Source of the DNA: an uncultured virus (IMG/VR IMGVR_UViG_3300021440_000019)
Lineage: Duplodnaviria; Heunggongvirae; Uroviricota; Caudoviricetes
IMG/VR virus record: IMGVR_UViG_3300021440_000019
DNA length: 20,000 bases
Strand: one strand, 5' to 3'
Part shown: positions 16,544 to 20,000 of the stretch, in pieces
Position numbering within the stretch: position 1 is the stretch's first letter
How the letters are laid out: each line of letters opens with the position of its first letter
The notes under the pieces: model-generated
Databases searched by the model: none
Seen by the model: the letters and a program-made list of their open reading frames with translations, nothing else
Told to the model about the DNA's origin: nothing
Program-made: the position numbers and the translations under genes

Positions 16544-16984
16544 CTACTCGCTCCTCTTTAGCGGTTGGACTTGTGTGGCATACAGGAATTCGATTGCGGC
16601 TTCCATAGCCGCTTGGTCACTCCGCAAGTGCGGGTGCATCGCCCTATACGCATTCCACATGCGCTGATGGACGATACCGAATTTGAATGCCTTGTTCACG
16701 GGTTTCTCGACGTTGACCACGGCGAGGAAACTCGTGTAGATCACTTGGGTCAGGTACTGGAGTTTGCGGACTTGTGCGGCATCGCCGCTGAACCTCCTTG
16801 CGTGTGGTGGATGAAAGGCTTCGACGTGGATGACTGCGTGGTGGCGAGCGCAAAGGGAAACCGTTGGCCCGTGCAGACCTCCACACGACTTGGGAACTAG
16901 ATGGTGGTCGTGAAGACCGTCATCACTAGGGCATACCCAACAACGGTCAAGTGCTATGGTTTTCGTGATCGGGATGTCAGACAT
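16544..16984 (-). CDS. HNH endonuclease (Zn-finger, McrA-like)
   Basis: CWVC...HDHHLVPKSCGG...LCARHHAVIH. Confidence 0.85.
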   Translation of the reverse strand: MSDIPITKTIALDRCWVCPSDDGLHDHHLVPKSCGGLHGPTVSLCARHHAVIHVEAFHPPHARRFSGDAAQVRKLQYLTQVIYTSFLAVVNVEKPVNKAFKFGIVHQRMWNAYRAMHPHLRSDQAAMEAAIEFLYATQVQPLKRSE

Positions 16985-17014
16985 ACTGTGTACGCCTGTG
17001 TAGGTATTGTGTCA

Positions 17015-17102
17015 CGCAGCGGAGGAAACGTACTTCCGTGGTCAAACCCTGAGCTAAGAGGAGTAAGCACCCAGGATACGGCAGTACGTTTTCTTCGCTG
17101 CG
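17015..17102. other. long imperfect inverted repeat / structured leader RNA
   Basis: 17015-17039 is complementary to 17078-17102 at 22 of 25 positions, and there is an inner stem CCTGAG/CCCAGG. Confidence 0.7.
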
Positions 17103-17113
17103 CTGCTGCATTC

Positions 17114-17142
17114 ATTTTACCCGATTGACGTTGCCGTGTCAA
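17114..17142 (-). promoter_or_regulatory. sigma70-type promoter
   Basis: TTGACA-17 bp-TAAAAT on the - strand, in an intergenic gap. Confidence 0.85.
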
Positions 17143-17153
17143 CCCCGTGCTGG

Positions 17154-17384
17154 CTAGCCCGATTCGGGTGCCATCGCACGGCCAATGAGCCGTAGCCCGC
17201 ATCGTCTGCACCTGAAGGCCCGAGCGCAGCACTCAAGCGCGCCGGCTTGCCCTCTGTGACAGTCCCATTCTCGTCGTTCTTCCCCGGTGGTACTGACTCG
17301 CTCCGCGTACCCATTGCAAGTGCAGCACACAACGTCGGCTTCGCGGTCCACGACTTCCGCCAGGATCATCGTCGTTTCGGTCAT
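17154..17384 (-). CDS. small Cys-rich Zn-ribbon protein
   Basis: CCTC...C...CC...CRRC; ATGA coupling at 17381-17384. Confidence 0.65.
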   Translation of the reverse strand: MTETTMILAEVVDREADVVCCTCNGYAERVSTTGEERREWDCHRGQAGALECCARAFRCRRCGLRLIGRAMAPESG

Positions 17385-18430
17385 CGCCGTGTGGGCCTTG
17401 TCTCTTTGCCGAACGGCAGACCCCACTCACGCACAGGGGCACCCAGCGCTTCGACGCTGGCACGTGGCAGCGCCCAGTACAGTGAGAAGCCAGCGAGCAT
17501 GTTGTTGCCGATGCGCTGCTTGCCTTCGGCGCCGGCGAGCACGACCTTGGTGCCGCCGTGCTTGCGCTCGTAGCTCGTCATCATCTTCTCGATGTAGCCC
17601 TGCTCGTCACCTTCCCACGTCTCGTCCGCTGCGAGCACTCGTTGGTTCACGCACCAGATGTCCTGGTCATGCAGCACGATGTAGTCGCCGTCGGCAGTCA
17701 CCTCGAAGCCCTCGGCGTCGAGGTCTGCTGCGCGCACTGGCCGAGAGAACAGCGCGATCACCGGGCACCGCACCACGGTCATCCGCCGCTTGTCCGCGAC
17801 ACCCGGGAACTTCGCACGGTACTTCAGGTACTTCGAGAAGTGGTTGACAGGCAGGTCCGCCAGCGAAGTCGATTCCACCACGGTTGCGGATGCGCCTTCC
17901 AGATGGGTCACCACGTCTGCGAGCCGGCCGAGCACGAGTCCTCGCGTGTTCTTCAGCGTCCGCCGATCCAAGTCGGCGCTCGCGTTCGCTTCGTGCAAGG
18001 ACTGCACGGCGTTGGCGATCCATCGGGCTGACGCTACAGCACGACGGTCGTCAACTCCGTTCTTGTACTTGAGCCGGGCTGCCACGGCTTCCGCAGTCTC
18101 CCGTGCGAGCACCCGTGCGCGAAGCAACCTCGTGGCCGCGTCGTCGGTCCCGATGATCGTGGTTCGCAGCGCGGTGACCGCTTGATGCAACTTCGCTGTC
18201 GGCACCGGCACTGCCTTGGTCAATGGCGCGGTCGGCTGCCCAAGCAACGGCACGGCGGAAGCCGCGTCCACGAACGTCAGCCCCGTGTCGAGTTCGGGTT
18301 CGCGTAGCGCGACGACGCGCTCGGTCTTGGCCGGAGGCGCGTTCCACGTCGGTGCCGGCTTGCGCTTCTTCACGACCACGACGCCTGAGAGCACAAGGTC
18401 AGCCAGTTGTTCCTTCAGGGTCCGCGTCAT
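17381..18430 (-). CDS. hypothetical protein (349 aa)
   Basis: Start at ATG 18430 (MTRTLKEQL) with RBS AAGGA, overlapping the topoisomerase stop (ATGA). Confidence 0.75.
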   Translation of the reverse strand: MTRTLKEQLADLVLSGVVVVKKRKPAPTWNAPPAKTERVVALREPELDTGLTFVDAASAVPLLGQPTAPLTKAVPVPTAKLHQAVTALRTTIIGTDDAATRLLRARVLARETAEAVAARLKYKNGVDDRRAVASARWIANAVQSLHEANASADLDRRTLKNTRGLVLGRLADVVTHLEGASATVVESTSLADLPVNHFSKYLKYRAKFPGVADKRRMTVVRCPVIALFSRPVRAADLDAEGFEVTADGDYIVLHDQDIWCVNQRVLAADETWEGDEQGYIEKMMTSYERKHGGTKVVLAGAEGKQRIGNNMLAGFSLYWALPRASVEALGAPVREWGLPFGKETRPTRR

Positions 18431-19884
18431 GAGAGTTCCTTCAACAGGGTTTGCAGGTGGCGCACGACGTACGCATTGGGTTTGGCCTTGCGCTGCTCGT
18501 ACTCGGCGCGCAACGCCTTCAGCTTCTTGAGTTCCGCGACCAGCTTGTCGTCTTCCAGCGCCTTGAGTTGCCGGACGCGAAGTTCGAGAATGGACTTGGC
18601 TTCGTCCACTGTGACCTTCAACGCCTTGGCGAGGTACGCTGCCAGTTGCTCGTCGTCCAGCTTCTGGTCCAGCGCGCGAATGATCGTGGCTCGGTTCGCC
18701 ACGGCAATCCTGAGCACCGTGACCCGCCGAATCTCTTTGTCCTTGATGTCGATCTGGTACGCGCACGCTGAGACTTCGAGCTTGACACGGTATGCCGCCC
18801 ACTTGTTCAGCAACTCGGGCACCGTGGTGGACCTCAGTGCGATGGACGGCTCGTCGGGCACTTCCGAGTTCGCTGTGCGAATCGTGACGTTCACGAAGTA
18901 CAACTCGGACTCGCGGAGCTTGGCTGCCAGCCTCGCGGCAACTTCGCTCACGTTCTTGACATCGACTCGCGGCCTCAGGTACGCTGTGAACTCGCCGATG
19001 CGCTGTCCACGGGAGCTCGTGTCCGACGTGGACTGCACGTCAGGATCAGCCGCGAGCTTCTCGGCGCGTGCATCAAAATTACTGAAGGGTGCGAACCCCG
19101 TGAACGTGATGCTCTTGTCCTTGACGTTGATCCGGTACGGTGAGTCGTACACGAGCGTGGCTTTGCCCGTCGTGAACAACTCGCGCACGAGCTTGCCCTG
19201 CTTCGGCGCGAGCACGCCACCGAACTGCGTGCAGAACACGAGGGACGCTGCGCACGACTCGGCAGTCGCCGGTGTTCCGCGCAGCACGGGGATCAACGTG
19301 TTGACCACGGACTCCATCGTGAACTTCGGGATCTTCGCAGTGAGGCCCACGCCGATGGCGAAGGTCGTGTTGAACAGGATGTTCGGCAGCAGCGAGTGCA
19401 GGTACAGGGGTTCACGGTCCTTGCTGTCGTAGTTGCTGACGAATCGAGTGAGTGGGAGGTAGAACGGGTCGAAGAACACGAGTTCGCTGAACTTCGAGAG
19501 CCTGACGTTCGTGTACCTCGGCGCTGCGAACCCCTTGGGATTCGCGAACGACCCGAAGTTGCCCTCGCCGTCGAGTAGCGCGTACCGCGCGGTCACCATG
19601 TTCACGATGGCCCCGTAGCACGCGAGGTCGCCGTGCGGATGGAACTTGCCGAGCGTGTCGCCGACGAGCCTCGCCGACTTCTCCACGGCTTTTCCGTGTC
19701 GGTAGCCGCCGGTATACGCTGCCCACAGCACTCGTCGCTGCACGGGCTTGCATCCGTCGTGGTACTCGGACACCGCGCGGTCCTCGTTCACGGACGTGGC
19801 GTAGCGGATCATCTGCTTGTGTGCGAAGCCCGAGAGGTCGATCTCCTTGATCTTCTCTTTCACGGGCGTATCAGGTTTCGTCAT
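18427..19884 (-). CDS. type IIA DNA topoisomerase subunit A (GyrA/ParC-like, lacking the C-terminal pinwheel)
   Basis: DGCKPVQRR, KSARLVGDTLGKFHPHGD, GNFG, AAPRYT (catalytic Tyr) and LPNILFN; only 485 aa. Confidence 0.93.
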   Translation of the reverse strand: MTKPDTPVKEKIKEIDLSGFAHKQMIRYATSVNEDRAVSEYHDGCKPVQRRVLWAAYTGGYRHGKAVEKSARLVGDTLGKFHPHGDLACYGAIVNMVTARYALLDGEGNFGSFANPKGFAAPRYTNVRLSKFSELVFFDPFYLPLTRFVSNYDSKDREPLYLHSLLPNILFNTTFAIGVGLTAKIPKFTMESVVNTLIPVLRGTPATAESCAASLVFCTQFGGVLAPKQGKLVRELFTTGKATLVYDSPYRINVKDKSITFTGFAPFSNFDARAEKLAADPDVQSTSDTSSRGQRIGEFTAYLRPRVDVKNVSEVAARLAAKLRESELYFVNVTIRTANSEVPDEPSIALRSTTVPELLNKWAAYRVKLEVSACAYQIDIKDKEIRRVTVLRIAVANRATIIRALDQKLDDEQLAAYLAKALKVTVDEAKSILELRVRQLKALEDDKLVAELKKLKALRAEYEQRKAKPNAYVVRHLQTLLKELS

Positions 19885-19925
19885 GGTCGTCTCACGTTGG
19901 TATGGTGTATGGACTACTGGCGTTC

Positions 19926-19954
19926 ATTATACCAGAGCCCCAAGTGCGTGTCAA
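19926..19954 (-). promoter_or_regulatory. perfect-consensus sigma70 promoter upstream of the topoisomerase gene
   Basis: TTGACA-17 bp-TATAAT on the - strand. Confidence 0.92.
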
Positions 19955-20000
19955 TACCCGCCGTTGCCGGCTGTTGCTGCGTCTACGGCCCCTGTTGTTC

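Noticed and set aside
18431..18802. N-terminal extension of ORF 17381-18802
   Set aside because: It lies inside the topoisomerase gene; ATG 18430 has an RBS and ATGA coupling.
18407..19432. 341-aa ORF on the + strand
   Set aside because: Antisense shadow of the topoisomerase gene.
1..20000. CRISPR array, tRNA, rRNA, integrase or transposase
   Set aside because: No regularly spaced repeats, cloverleaf or recombinase motifs were seen by eye; tRNAscan and a CRISPR finder would confirm.

Overview
GC-rich (roughly 60-65% by eye), gene-dense segment of a large tailed-phage genome, probably a jumbo myophage infecting a Gram-negative host. The gene set recalls the RSL1/Lu11/PaBG type; that assignment is inference. 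The + strand block (1-7770) holds head-assembly genes (portal-like protein, prohead protease with a Zn motif), a two-domain Ig-like protein, an HNH endonuclease, QueD, a MazG-like enzyme and a DUF6527-like protein. A bidirectional terminator separates it from the - strand block (7838-19884): PcfJ-like protein, papain-family peptidase, PAAR protein, NAD-dependent DNA ligase, a possible sigma-like factor, a second HNH and a type II topoisomerase A subunit, with two near-consensus sigma70 promoters. The most unusual observation is two small unlinked genes (4950-5360 + and 11482-11937 -) that fuse a twin-arginine (Tat)-type signal to fragments of virion proteins. One carries a mosaic of tail-fibre-like and capsid-like motifs; the other carries an isolated tail-sheath C-terminal domain. 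They suggest an undescribed decoy or export system. All family calls come from motif recognition by eye, with no database search.
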